Shown piece after piece: positions 53,078-63,800 of a stretch of DNA of 64,000 nt. The notes under the pieces were generated by a model. It made no database searches. It was given only the letters and a program-made list of their open reading frames with translations, and had not been told where the DNA came from. Each line of letters opens with the position of its first letter. Position 1 is the stretch's first letter. The stretch lies in contig PHAN01000002.1 in assembly GCA_002841695.1 (NCBI GenBank), positions 90,807-154,806 of the forward strand, given 5' to 3'. Source of the DNA: Elusimicrobia bacterium HGW-Elusimicrobia-1 (lineage in GTDB: Bacteria > Elusimicrobiota > Endomicrobiia > PHAN01). The position numbers were made by a program, and so were the translations under genes.

Positions 53078-56000
53078 GTGAAAAGGAATAAATCTCTTTC
53101 CACTATCTTCTTAAGAGCGCTGCTGACAGGGATTATAGCGGCTCACGGGGCTCCTATGCCCTCGATGCTGTACGCCGCCCCCGTTACGCTTCGCGGCTCA
53201 CCGCCTTACGCGGGACCGCCGAACAGAGTCACGTCCATCATCGCCGCTCCCGATTTTTCAGCGCCGGAAGCGGAGGGGAAAATAAAGTTGAACTGGACGG
53301 CTCCGTCGGACGCCGGAGGTCTGGACGTTTTCTCCTACATAGTCAAGTACGCGACTTTTTCCGTCGCGGATATGGGAGGGGACAAAGACGCCTGGTGGGA
53401 TCATCCGCAATGTATAACCGCCTTTGATCCGGAACTAAACGTTCGCTGGGGCAAAAAATCTCTCGTGTCGTCGCAAGGAAACGAAATAATATCGGTATCC
53501 GGCCTTGAATCCGGAACGTATTATTATTTCGCGGTCAAGTCCGTCGACAGATACCACAGATTCTCCGTCTGGGACATACCTTACGACGGTGTATCCTCGC
53601 AAAGCAACGCTTACGCCACCACTCCGCCGTGGCAGCCCTACATAGTCACAACGCTTGCGGCAGAACCTATGGCGGCAATAAGAGCGGCGGCAATGCTTGA
53701 ATGGTTCGCGCCTTTGTTTGTGGAGAATAATCCGCCTTACGAAATTCTTCCCGGTCACATAAAACAACTCGGACAGTACTGCATCCAGTATTCTACGGCG
53801 CCTCCGCCCGAGCCCGTCAACAGACCCAACCAGCCGAACAACTGGGCGGCTTCTCAAAGAATCATAGTATCCACACGCAACGTCCAATCGGGCGACCTGC
53901 AAAACTACGTCCTTACGGGACTCTCGCACAATACCACCTATTACGTCCATCTTTTCACCAAAAACGAATGGCCTAACAAGTGGTCTTATGCGTCATACCC
54001 AGTCACTACGGTGCGGCCTTACATAGACCTCTCGCCCGTGGACGATCTCGTCGCTACCGCGTCGGCGTCCGCCGACAACGATATAGCCAGTTTCGTCACG
54101 CTTTCGTGGGAAAATCCCGAAAACGAGCAGTTCTTCGCCGGCGCGCGCGTGGGATATTCCACGTCGTCGTATCCGTCATCGCCCGATTCCGGAAATTATT
54201 TTGATGTAGAACCTCTTGCGTCCGGCACATCCACCGACTACGCGCATATCCGTTTGCTGCCGCGGCATAATTATTATTACTCCGTTTGGGCGTACGACTC
54301 CAACCACTTCTACTCCTCGCCGCGCAATGCGCAAACGTTCACATCGTTCGATATAAATCCGCCCGCCGGCGTCAAAAATATAACGTCCTTCGTCGATGTT
54401 TCTACCGACGGAGACGAAGACGCCTATGCCATACGCCTGGCGTGGAGCGCGCCGGACGCATCGGCCGCTATGCTTTACAGGAATATCGACTTTGACAGAG
54501 TCAGGGTCTATGTCAGCACGACCTCGGCCGACCCCGCCGACCACGTGTATCTCTCGACGGCCTCCGCCTCCGAGACGGCGTTTATTCATTCAGGCGCGGC
54601 GCCCTACACGACATACTATTACTCGTTTGCGAGTGTAGACGCAATCTCAAACGAGCAGACGGCCGTAGAGCGCTCGACTCACTCGGTCTATATCTGCGAA
54701 GATCACGTGCCGCCGTCGGCTCCGACTATTGTAACCCATCTCTATACCGCTTCGCGCGAATACGCCGACGGCTGCAAAGTCGCGCTCACGTGGCGAGCTC
54801 CGCCGGAATCGCATTTTGCGCGTATAGTCGCCAGAATATCGCTCGACGGCTTCCCGCTGTCCGTTTCCGACGGCGACGCGCTTACGGAATGGACCGGACT
54901 GCCCGACGCGACCGGCTCCGCGGAATTTAAGCGGCTTGTATCGCTTACCACCAATTACATATCGCTGTTTGCCGTCGCCGAGCGCGGCGCGGCGTCGCGG
55001 CCGGCTAAGGTCGCGGTCTACACTGATATTCCGTGGACGGATACCGTCTCGCCGCACGTGCCGCGCGACGTCAGGATTTCGTCATCGCGCAGGGTTACGT
55101 GGAGCCCCGTGAAATACGACGCTAACCTGGCGGCCATACCCAACTATGCGACGCCGCGCACTGACCAGATTTACTTCTACGAAATCCTCAAATCTACGTC
55201 GATGAAAGGCCCCTGGATCGTCGGAGACAGAATGAATCCGTCGCTGACTTTCTGCGACATCGCCGCGGCGGCGACCGGATATTACAAGATACGGGCCGTC
55301 GACGCGGGACGCAACTGCGCCGACTCATACGCCTTCGACCTCGACGGCAACATATACGTCGCCGCGGGCGATTCAAGCTACGTGAAAGTGCCGGCGGACA
55401 TCGTTTCGTCCTTGCGCACGCCGTCGAATCCGGCCAAGGATTCGCATCTGCTTTCGCTTTCGCGCGTTCCCGCCGACGAGAAAGGCATAATCTATAAGTC
55501 CGTGGAGTTCCGCTCGTCGGCCATATCCGAGACGTCCGACGCTATGCGGCTCCAAGACGTCCCCGGGTTCTCTCTGGGCGCGCCCGGAGCGAAACTGGCG
55601 TTCAGCTATGATACGGACAGAGATTCCGTCGCCGTCGCCGCGCCCTCGCGCAAAGCGCCGTCGCGCCCGGAGATACAGTCGCAGCTCGGAGTGTTCTATT
55701 ACAACGGGGTCGAGTGGCAGAGGATAAATCTCTCGGCTGCCGCGCCCGACGGCTATGTTATCTCGTCCGTGCGGTTCGCGGGCAAATATCAACTCCGCCG
55801 CGCCGCCTCTACGGGCGAGTTCGCTTTCTACGATGCCGTCCCGCGAATCATCACGCCCAATAACGACGGTATCAACGACAGGGCGATGTTCCGCTTTGCC
55901 AATCCGCAGGGACGCTCGATTACGCTTAAAATTTACGACATCAATTCCGTTCTTGTAAGAGACATAGGCGAGACAACGGCCGCGTCGGACACGCCCGGCG

Positions 56001-56119
56001 AGCATATATTCTGGGACGGTCTCGACGACAACAATCGCATCGTCGCGCCCGGCGTCTATGTTTATCAGTTGGAACTTGAAGAAAAAATTATCAACGGCAC
56101 CATAGTGGTGGCCAGGTAA
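53078..56119 (+). CDS. Large FN3-containing surface protein with C-terminal FlgD-Ig/T9SS type-B-like domain (GTG start)
   Basis: 1013 aa; FN3 signatures GTYYYFAVKSVDRYHRFS, TTYYVHLFTKNEW; C-terminus RIITPNNDGINDRAMFRF...ITLKIYDINSVLVRDI...WDGLDDNNRIVAPGVYVYQL...TIVVAR. Confidence 0.75.
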   Translation: MKRNKSLSTIFLRALLTGIIAAHGAPMPSMLYAAPVTLRGSPPYAGPPNRVTSIIAAPDFSAPEAEGKIKLNWTAPSDAGGLDVFSYIVKYATFSVADMGGDKDAWWDHPQCITAFDPELNVRWGKKSLVSSQGNEIISVSGLESGTYYYFAVKSVDRYHRFSVWDIPYDGVSSQSNAYATTPPWQPYIVTTLAAEPMAAIRAAAMLEWFAPLFVENNPPYEILPGHIKQLGQYCIQYSTAPPPEPVNRPNQPNNWAASQRIIVSTRNVQSGDLQNYVLTGLSHNTTYYVHLFTKNEWPNKWSYASYPVTTVRPYIDLSPVDDLVATASASADNDIASFVTLSWENPENEQFFAGARVGYSTSSYPSSPDSGNYFDVEPLASGTSTDYAHIRLLPRHNYYYSVWAYDSNHFYSSPRNAQTFTSFDINPPAGVKNITSFVDVSTDGDEDAYAIRLAWSAPDASAAMLYRNIDFDRVRVYVSTTSADPADHVYLSTASASETAFIHSGAAPYTTYYYSFASVDAISNEQTAVERSTHSVYICEDHVPPSAPTIVTHLYTASREYADGCKVALTWRAPPESHFARIVARISLDGFPLSVSDGDALTEWTGLPDATGSAEFKRLVSLTTNYISLFAVAERGAASRPAKVAVYTDIPWTDTVSPHVPRDVRISSSRRVTWSPVKYDANLAAIPNYATPRTDQIYFYEILKSTSMKGPWIVGDRMNPSLTFCDIAAAATGYYKIRAVDAGRNCADSYAFDLDGNIYVAAGDSSYVKVPADIVSSLRTPSNPAKDSHLLSLSRVPADEKGIIYKSVEFRSSAISETSDAMRLQDVPGFSLGAPGAKLAFSYDTDRDSVAVAAPSRKAPSRPEIQSQLGVFYYNGVEWQRINLSAAAPDGYVISSVRFAGKYQLRRAASTGEFAFYDAVPRIITPNNDGINDRAMFRFANPQGRSITLKIYDINSVLVRDIGETTAASDTPGEHIFWDGLDDNNRIVAPGVYVYQLELEEKIINGTIVVAR

Positions 56120-56162
56120 AGATAAAGAAGTGAATAGTGATTAGTGGATAGTAAAAGAAAAA

Positions 56163-56274
56163 ACAAGAAGCAAGATAAACCGTCATTCTGAGCGAAGCGA
56201 AGAATCCTCGTCATCTTCCGGCGAAGAATCCTCGCCATACTCTAACAAGATCCTTCGCTTCGCTCAGGATGACA
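56163..56274. repeat. Palindromic element (gtcattctgagcgaagcgaag ... cttcgcttcgctcaggatgac)
   Basis: Near-identical copy at 58838-58957. Confidence 0.7.
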
Positions 56275-56352
56275 GATAACAAGAATTTTATGGACAATAA
56301 CAAATATATTTATCGGCGCGTCGCTTCATCGGCGGGCAAACCCAAGTCAATC

Positions 56353-56384
56353 TCGGAGTTTATCCCGCCACAGGCGGGAGGGAG
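56353..56384 (+). promoter_or_regulatory. Conserved leader motif (second copy)
   Basis: tcggagtttatcccgccacaggcgggagggag, 53 nt upstream of ATG 56437. Confidence 0.5.
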
Positions 56385-56436
56385 ATTCTCTGTTTTGTCC
56401 GCCGACGAGGCGATGCCGTCTTCAAAGGAGCATTTT

Positions 56437-58074
56437 ATGAATACACTTATTAAAATCATCAAAAAATTTCCGCCGCCGTCGTCATTGTTTATTCTCTTGT
56501 TTATCGTTTTTACTATTCACTATTCACTATCCACTATTCACCCTCTTTACGCCGCATTCGAGGATATTTCCGTCGGCGGACGTCCCGCGGCTTTTTCCGG
56601 CGCGTATACAGCGGTCGAAGGCGACGCGTATTCCATCTACTACAATCCCGCGGCGCTTGCGGGTATGGCAAGGGCCGAGTTCGGCGCGCAATATTCCAAA
56701 CTTCATACGGGGCTTACGGACGGTTCGGAACTCTCCAACGCTTTTTTCGGCGTGGCGCAGCCGCTTAAATTCGGCTCGGCCGATTACGGCACAATCGGCG
56801 CGGGATGGATAAGATTCGACCTTGCGGAACTTTATCAGGAAAATACTATAATCTTGTCCTGGGCGCGTGACATTGTAAAGAACAAACTTTCCTTCGGATT
56901 CGGCGCCAAAATGCTCTCTATTACCTACGGCGAAAACGACTACACCAAAAACGCCTTCGACAACGAGGGCAACACGACCGGCGCGGCGGACCCGCTTTTC
57001 AACTATGGCTATATCAAATCCGCCGCCGACTTCGACGCCGGAATAAGATACGCTTTCGCCAAAAATTACGCCGTGGCCGCCGTCGCGCAGAATCTGGCGG
57101 GCGCAAATATATCGCTCGTCAACGACCCCAATGTCGCGCTGCCGCGTCGTTACCGTTTCGGCCTTGCTCACACCGGCAAGGCCTACGCGCTTTCGGCCGA
57201 TGTCGCGGGCGCTTCGGACTCTTCGGTAGTGCGCGGAATGGTCGGCGTCGAAAAAAGTTTCGACTTCGGTGGCGCCCTGAGGGCCGGGCTGGGAATGGGC
57301 ACCGACGGATGGGCCAATATCGCCGGCGGTTTCGGATTCAAAGCCGACGCCCTCAGCTTCGATTACGGCCTCGCATGGCCGTTGTCGGGCATAAAGAACA
57401 CTTCAGGCAGTCACAGGGTCTCGGTGAATTTCAAATTCGGGCCCGTTATGCGCCACCCCGAATCCGACTCGGAAACGCAGGTGCGCCTGGCGCAGGAAAT
57501 TACCGCCCGCAAAGAGTACGAGCAGAAATACAGGGTGTCCGAGATAGAACTCGCCCGCGCTAGAGAAGAGATAAGACAGCTCAAAAATCAGATAGAGGAA
57601 TTGCTCAAGCGTCCGTCGGCTCCCATACCGGCGCCAAGAGAAATCGCGTCGCCCAAGCCGACGGTTACGGAGACGCCCGCGGCCGTCAAACCCGGCGTAA
57701 CGCCGGCCGCGCCCGCTATGCCCACCGATATCGACGCTTTGAGAGCCGCTTATGCCAAAGAATTCAACCAGTATCAGCGCGACGCTTCCAAAATGGATAT
57801 TAAGCAGCGCATCGCGGCGGTTGACGTCATAGTCGCGCGTTATCAGGGCAAGATAAAGATAACCGAAGCCGTCGACGAACAGATGATACTCAGGAATGAA
57901 TTCGCCGCGCAGACCAAGTTCTATAACGACGCGCTTACTTACTACAAACGTCTCGTACGGCAGGGTATATCCGTCGAGGAGCGCAAGGACATACTCAATC
58001 GCATGATAACCAAGTACCAGGTGCTCGGCGTCGATGTAACTGTCGCCAAAGAGGAGCTTAAGACGGTAAAATAA
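56437..58074 (+). CDS. Beta-barrel OMP (PorV/PorQ- or PorP/SprF-like) with C-terminal coiled-coil/Pro-rich extension
   Basis: ATG 56437 after aaaggag (track start 56269 lies in repeat); leader SLFILLFIVFTIHYSLSTIHPLYAA; motif GRPAAFSGAYTAVEGDAYSIYYNPAALAG; C-terminal EIELARAREEIRQLKNQIEELLKRPSAPIPAP. Confidence 0.6.
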   Translation: MNTLIKIIKKFPPPSSLFILLFIVFTIHYSLSTIHPLYAAFEDISVGGRPAAFSGAYTAVEGDAYSIYYNPAALAGMARAEFGAQYSKLHTGLTDGSELSNAFFGVAQPLKFGSADYGTIGAGWIRFDLAELYQENTIILSWARDIVKNKLSFGFGAKMLSITYGENDYTKNAFDNEGNTTGAADPLFNYGYIKSAADFDAGIRYAFAKNYAVAAVAQNLAGANISLVNDPNVALPRRYRFGLAHTGKAYALSADVAGASDSSVVRGMVGVEKSFDFGGALRAGLGMGTDGWANIAGGFGFKADALSFDYGLAWPLSGIKNTSGSHRVSVNFKFGPVMRHPESDSETQVRLAQEITARKEYEQKYRVSEIELARAREEIRQLKNQIEELLKRPSAPIPAPREIASPKPTVTETPAAVKPGVTPAAPAMPTDIDALRAAYAKEFNQYQRDASKMDIKQRIAAVDVIVARYQGKIKITEAVDEQMILRNEFAAQTKFYNDALTYYKRLVRQGISVEERKDILNRMITKYQVLGVDVTVAKEELKTVK

Positions 58075-58100
58075 TATATCGGCGGGACACGGGGTCTACA

Positions 58101-58136
58101 TCGGAGTTTATCCCGCCATAGGCGGGTGGGGGGAGG
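58101..58136 (+). promoter_or_regulatory. Conserved leader motif (third copy, diverged)
   Basis: tcggagtttatcccgccataggcgggtggggggagg. Confidence 0.4.
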
Positions 58137-58172
58137 AAAGAACACCCGCTGTCCCGCCGGAAAAGCAAATTA

Positions 58173-58268
58173 GAAATCCCCCTGTATCCCCCTTTTAAAA
58201 GGGGGGTTGAAAGAGATTGTCGGGTGAAGTTCATCCCCCTTTGAAAAAGGGGGAAAGAGGGGGATTTA
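58173..58268. repeat. P1 palindromic element
   Basis: gaaatccccctgtatcccccttttaaaaggggggttgaaag...catccccctttgaaaaagggggaaagagggggattt. Confidence 0.7.
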
Positions 58269-58336
58269 ATGTTGGCGGCTATATTCCGGATTTTTGTCAG
58301 GCGAATAAAGGTAATTTTATGATATGAGGCACAATT

Positions 58337-58702
58337 ATGAAAATAAATAAAACATTCTCAGCCGTAATGGCCGCGCTTGTCGCCTGCGCTTGTCTTGCCG
58401 CGCCGGCGCCGGCCGAGTTCCGTCTCGTCGATGTAAAGCCGCGCGTGCTTACGCCCGGCGGCTCGTCGGGTTTCAACGACCGCGTAATATTTTCTTTCGT
58501 CGAGCCGGACGAAAAGCTCACTTTAAGAATATTCACTCTCGACGGCAGAAAGATAGAGGAAATTGATTACGGCGCGGCCGGAACGGAACGTCTCGTCTGG
58601 AACGCCTGCGCCGCGGGGTCAATGGTGTCGCCCGGCGTTTATATTTATCAGCTTGAAGCCGACGGAAAAGTTTTTTCGGGGACATTGGTGGTGGCAAGAT
58701 AA
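58337..58702 (+). CDS. Small secreted protein consisting essentially of a FlgD-Ig/T9SS-like C-terminal domain
   Basis: Signal peptide MKINKTFSAVMAALVACACLAAPAPA; LTLRIFTLDGRKIEEI...WNACAAGSMVSPGVYIYQLEADGKVFSGTLVVAR. Confidence 0.65.
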   Translation: MKINKTFSAVMAALVACACLAAPAPAEFRLVDVKPRVLTPGGSSGFNDRVIFSFVEPDEKLTLRIFTLDGRKIEEIDYGAAGTERLVWNACAAGSMVSPGVYIYQLEADGKVFSGTLVVAR

Positions 58703-58705
58703 AAT

Positions 58706-58957
58706 AAAGTGATTAGTGGCGAGTGGTTAGTGGTTAGTAAAAGAAAAAGCAAAATGTCATTCCCGCGCCGCGCCGTAGGCGATGCTCCGCAAATGCGGGG
58801 CTGTGGGAACGCGGAAATCCAGAGCAATTAAATAGAGTCAAGAAGCGAGAGTCAAGATAAATCGTCATTCTGAGCGCAGCGAAGAATCCCCGTCATATTC
58901 CGGCGGGGAATCCTCGCCATACTCTAAGAGGATCCTTCGCTTCGCTCAGGATGACAG
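58706..58957. repeat. Composite repeat: P2 arm, gtcattcccgcg palindrome, and gtcattctgagcg...cgctcaggatgaca palindrome
   Basis: agtgattagtggcgagtggttagtggttagt; gtcattcccgcgccg...ggaacgcggaaatccagag; gtcattctgagcgcagcgaagaatcc...ggatccttcgcttcgctcaggatgacag. Confidence 0.7.
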
Positions 58958-59013
58958 CTAAGGTGTTTATGGTTTGTTATTCTCAATGAGAAGCAAGAGG
59001 CGGGAATGATATT

Positions 59014-60459
59014 ATGAGAATACGCACACGACTTACTATTTCATTCGGGTTGTTCGTTGCGCTGGTGTGCTCTATCGCCGCCTTGAATCTTTATATGAGC
59101 GCGATTTTAAGAGACAAGCTGGACTCGAGCATTTCCTACGCCCAGGTACTGTCCTTCTGGCGCGAGACGGATTTTGCTTTTGCAAGGCAGCGCCGGACCA
59201 TAGATTATTACTTGATGTTCGCCACGCCCGCCGAGAAGGAATCGTTCAATACCCAGGGGTTGCTCATCGTAAGGAAAATCGATGAGTTTATAAATCTTAT
59301 AAGATTGTCGTCGGAGGCAAAAGACATAGCCGTCTGGCGCGACGCCTACCGTGATTATGCCGCCGCCGTGAACAGGATGTTCTCATCGCACACTCCGGAG
59401 GAAACTCCGATGAGATACTTTGAACAGCGCGTGGAACCGGCTATGAAAGCGCTCACCGATGATATAACCGGGCGCATAGACGACTACGCCATCCGCATAG
59501 ATTCAATAGAAAAGGATATCGCGGCGCGCACTCGCAAAAGTTTCATATTTTCCGTCATGGGAGGGCTCGCGGCGCTTTTTCTTGCCGCCTATCTGAGTGT
59601 CTCTCTATTCCGCTCGATTTCCGTGCCCATAAAAACTCTGGAAGACGGCGCCCGCTTGATAGGTTCCGGAGACCTTACGCACACCATTATTCTTAAGCGC
59701 GCCCCGCCGGAACTCAAAACCCTCGCGGATAATTTTAATTCTATGGTCTCGAACCTCGCCAAACTTCAGCTGCAAGTAGTGCAAATGGACAGGATGTCGT
59801 CGATAGGTCAATTATCCGGAGGCGTTGCGCACGAAATAAATAACCCGCTTACAGGTGTGCTGGGGCAGGCGCAGCTTTTGCTTGAAAAACTGCCCGAGGA
59901 CTCGCTCTACCGCAGTCACATCGTTAAAATAGAATCGGCGGCGCAGCGGTGCCGCAAGATAGTCCGCTCTCTTCTGGATTTCTCGCGCGACAAGGACTAC
60001 AACTTCGCCCCGACGGACATCAATCAGATAATCGAAGAAACGTTGGACCTTTTGTCCAGCGAATTGCAGTCAAAGAGCATAATCGTCAAAAAAGACCTTA
60101 AGCCGGTGCCCAAAGTCATGGCTTCGCCGTCGCATATGCATCAGGTGGCGCTCAACATAATGACCAACGCCACTCAGGCCATGAAAACCGGAAACGGTAC
60201 GCTTTTCGTATCGACCTATCGCAGCGGACAGGAAGTCGCGATATCGATAAAAGACACGGGAATCGGCATCAAAAAGGAACATATCAATCATATATTCGAC
60301 CCGTTTTTTACGACTAAAGACATAGGCCAGGGAACCGGCCTCGGTCTTACGATTTGTTACGGCATAATTCAAAAGCACAGTGGCTCAATTACGGCGTCAA
60401 GCCCGGGAGAGGGAAAGGGAACGGAGATAATTATTCGTTTGCCGATCGCCAAAATATGA
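59014..60459 (+). CDS. Sensor histidine kinase (TM sensor region, HAMP-like linker, HisKA, HATPase_c)
   Basis: H-box SGGVAHEINNPLTGVLGQAQLL; ATPase motifs NIMTNATQAM, DTGIGI, GTGLGLTICYGII. Confidence 0.85.
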   Translation: MRIRTRLTISFGLFVALVCSIAALNLYMSAILRDKLDSSISYAQVLSFWRETDFAFARQRRTIDYYLMFATPAEKESFNTQGLLIVRKIDEFINLIRLSSEAKDIAVWRDAYRDYAAAVNRMFSSHTPEETPMRYFEQRVEPAMKALTDDITGRIDDYAIRIDSIEKDIAARTRKSFIFSVMGGLAALFLAAYLSVSLFRSISVPIKTLEDGARLIGSGDLTHTIILKRAPPELKTLADNFNSMVSNLAKLQLQVVQMDRMSSIGQLSGGVAHEINNPLTGVLGQAQLLLEKLPEDSLYRSHIVKIESAAQRCRKIVRSLLDFSRDKDYNFAPTDINQIIEETLDLLSSELQSKSIIVKKDLKPVPKVMASPSHMHQVALNIMTNATQAMKTGNGTLFVSTYRSGQEVAISIKDTGIGIKKEHINHIFDPFFTTKDIGQGTGLGLTICYGIIQKHSGSITASSPGEGKGTEIIIRLPIAKI

Positions 60460-60824
60460 AAAGAATAGTGATAGTCGAGGACGATGCCGACGTCGCCGAG
60501 GTTGTAAAAGTCATAGCCGAAAAACTCGGCTTTGAGTACGCGCTTTTCGGCGAGCCCGTTCCGGCCGTGGAGTTCATAAAAAAAACGCTTCCGGATCTCG
60601 TGCTTCTCGACATTATGATGCCCGGAGAAATAAACGGATTTGAAGTGGCCAGAACGCTTCGCGCCGGAGCCCTTACCCGCAAGATTCCCATACTTGCCAT
60701 GTCCGGCTATGATTCCCAGCAAACGCAGTCGCGCATATTTTCCGCCGGCGCCGACGATTATATAGCCAAACCTTTCGACTTGAAGGATTTGGAAAAACGC
60801 ATAAAGTCGCTGACGGGCGCCTGA
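60456..60824 (+). CDS. Single-domain CheY-like response regulator, translationally coupled to the kinase (ATGA overlap)
   Basis: MKRIVIVEDDADVAEV...DLVLLDIMMPGEINGFEV...ILAMSGYD...GADDYIAKPF; track start 60354 rejected in favour of ATG 60456. Confidence 0.8.
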   Translation: MKRIVIVEDDADVAEVVKVIAEKLGFEYALFGEPVPAVEFIKKTLPDLVLLDIMMPGEINGFEVARTLRAGALTRKIPILAMSGYDSQQTQSRIFSAGADDYIAKPFDLKDLEKRIKSLTGA

Positions 60825-60892
60825 TCCGCCGCGAAGACGGATAAAATTATTTTTTGACGCCGAAAAAAATGTATAATTTACGTTCGATAAAA

Positions 60893-63800
60893 ATGCCCTT
60901 GACAAGACCTCAATTATCGAGGTGGGTATTCGCCTCGGCCGCCGTATTTCTGGCGGCCCTCGCGCTCGCCATTCCGTCATATGCCGATTTCTGGACGGAA
61001 AACTCCGCTTCCGATTTCTCCAACGGATATTTCTCCCGCACCACTTCCACCGTAGCGTCGCCGCCGATACGGATCCAAAACGTCGCCGACTGGTACACAG
61101 TTCCCGGCAACACGTGGCAGGAAAGACAGCCCGTTAAAATAACCAACTCCGCCGGAGTACTCACCGAATATCAGCTTCAATTGACGCTGAACACCAAGGG
61201 TTACGTGGATTCGGCCAAATTGCGTTCCGACGGCGCGGATTTAAGAGTAACGGATTCCGACGGCGTAACGCTGTTGCCCTATTGGGTGGACACAAGCACT
61301 CCGATCAACGCCAACACCGCCGCGCCGATATGGGTCAGGATTCCGTCCGTCCCCGTAGGCGAGAAGACCATATATGTTTATTACAATAATTCCAGCACGG
61401 CCTCATCGCTTTCCAACCGTCATAATGTAGACGATTTCTACGAGGACTGGTCGAGCGCGGCCATAGACCCGGGCAAGTGGTCTATGGGCGGGCAGGCGCC
61501 TTTTCAGATTACGACATCATCGAAATACGCCGGCGCTTATTCGGTGCGGTCGGGCACCATAACGCACGGACAGGAATCCTACATACAATTCACGGTGAAT
61601 CCCGCCATGGCTGCCCGCGTCACTTTCTGGTGGGCCACTTCCTGCCAGCCCGAAATAAATTCCGACCGTCTGCGTTTCTATGTGAATAATATGGACTCGC
61701 ATATTTCACTCATAGGCGGTGAAATACCGTGGACGCAAACCACGCAGAACCTTGCCGCGGCGCCGAATACCATCCGGTGGAAATACAACAAGAACACCGA
61801 CGGAATAAGCACAGGGCTTGACCGCGGATGGGTCGATTTCATTTCCGTGCGCAAATATACCGCTTCGCCGCCCACACTCGACTACTCTCAGTCGCCGGAA
61901 ATCGTGGGCTACGAGTATTACTTCGACGGATATTATCTTTCCGAAGTAAAAGATCTCGGCGGCGAGAATACCCACATCAACAGCGCCTCATGGACGGTCA
62001 CGACCCCCGCCGGGACGTCGGCCAATATTCAGTACAGGCGATCCAATTATTCGTTCAGTTTGCAGAGTTCAACGCCCACGCCGTGGACGGCTTTAAGTAA
62101 CGGCGCGCCGCTTACAAATATTCAGGGACGCTACCTTCAATATCGCGCCGACCTCTCGGGACCGGGCACGACTTCGCCGGCTCTTGTGGAAATATCCGTG
62201 GATCACAGCCCTGTGCCGCAGAGGCCTTCGGGCTTCCGCGGGACGGCGGTTTCCTCGACGGTAATTCACTGGGAATGGTCGGATAATTCAAGCAACGAAA
62301 CGGGTTACAGAATATACTCGGGAACGGTTTCCGTGCCCGCCGAGGGTTATGTGTCTTCGCTTACGGGAATGCTCTGCGAACTTGGGGCAGACGCCACTTT
62401 CTACACGGAGCATAACCTGTCGCCCAATATACTCTATAACAGGTACGCAGTGGCATATAGCGCCAACGGCGGCAACGCGTCGAGCCGCTCGTCGGACTCT
62501 CGGCTGCTTCCGGCGGGCGTAACGACCTATTCGCACGCGCCGGTTCCCGTGGCCGAGGAATTCGCTTTTCTGCCGGGTGCGGGCGTTCAGTATAACACTG
62601 TTCCGACGGAAACGGCGATTTATCAGTCGACGTTTATGTTCACGTCGGATATGTCGACTACATCCGTGGAGTACTACCGTTTTGTGTTCAGCACACAGCC
62701 CTCGCACTCGTGGGTTAATACCGAGACGGTGTGGATTCCGAATGTTTCCACGGTAACCCATCCCGACTCCGGCGATCTCCACATTAAAAAGGCAATGATA
62801 ATTCCGCAGGCGGGTTTCAACTCCGAGTCGTGGTATTTCCACGCGCGGACATACAACAAGGGCAATATCCCGTCGGGCATAAGCACGCTCGGACCGTTTT
62901 ACTACCGCGGCTCGCCTTCCGCCATAACGGACCTGACGGCCGTGCCGTCGCCCACGGACGAAGGCCGTGTGGTGCTCTCCTGGACGGCTCCGTCGGACAA
63001 CGCCGGAACGGCGCAACTGACAAACGGCCGTTTTGTAATCAAGCGTCGCGCCGACTTCCTCATAAACACCACAACGCAATTCGACGCGGCGGTTACAGTC
63101 GCCAATATTTCGACCACCGCTGCGGCGGGGCAGCTGCAGACCTATGTGGTTACGGGTTTGACCCCGGGCAGTATATGGGGCTTCTCCATAAGATCCGTCG
63201 ACTATCAGGGAAATTACTCGGATGTTTCCACGCATATTCTGGATTCCGCAAACACCAGAACCGCCGCCGCCAAAGTGGCAAAACTCGTATATGTCACGCC
63301 CGCCCGAACCGGCGAAGTGGGCAGCCCGATAGGTCCTATTACCGTCGAGGCCCGCGACGCTTCGGACAGAGTTTTGCGTCTGGACACCGCTCAAAACATC
63401 TCGCTTGTGACCGACTCTCCCGACGGAGAATTCTCGCTGTCGGGCGACGAAGGCAGCTTCGGAATAACATTCGTAAATATCGCGGCAGGTTCTTCGCAAC
63501 AGTCGTTCTTCTACAGGGACTTGCAGTCCGGCAACCCCACTATTACCGCAGACGAGTCCCCGTCCGCCGATTGGGCTTCGGCTCAGCAGCAGCAGACCAT
63601 CCTTCCGGCCAAGGCCATAAGGTATATGGTAACGCACGACGGCGCCGGAACCATAGGTATCGACGAGAATCTGACGATATACGCCAACGACGGTTACAAC
63701 GCCGGCAACATATCGGTGGAATACGAAGGCGGAATGATATCCACAACCACCTTCTCCGGAATGCAGGTCATTCCGTCCACGCATATGTACGCCTCCGCCG

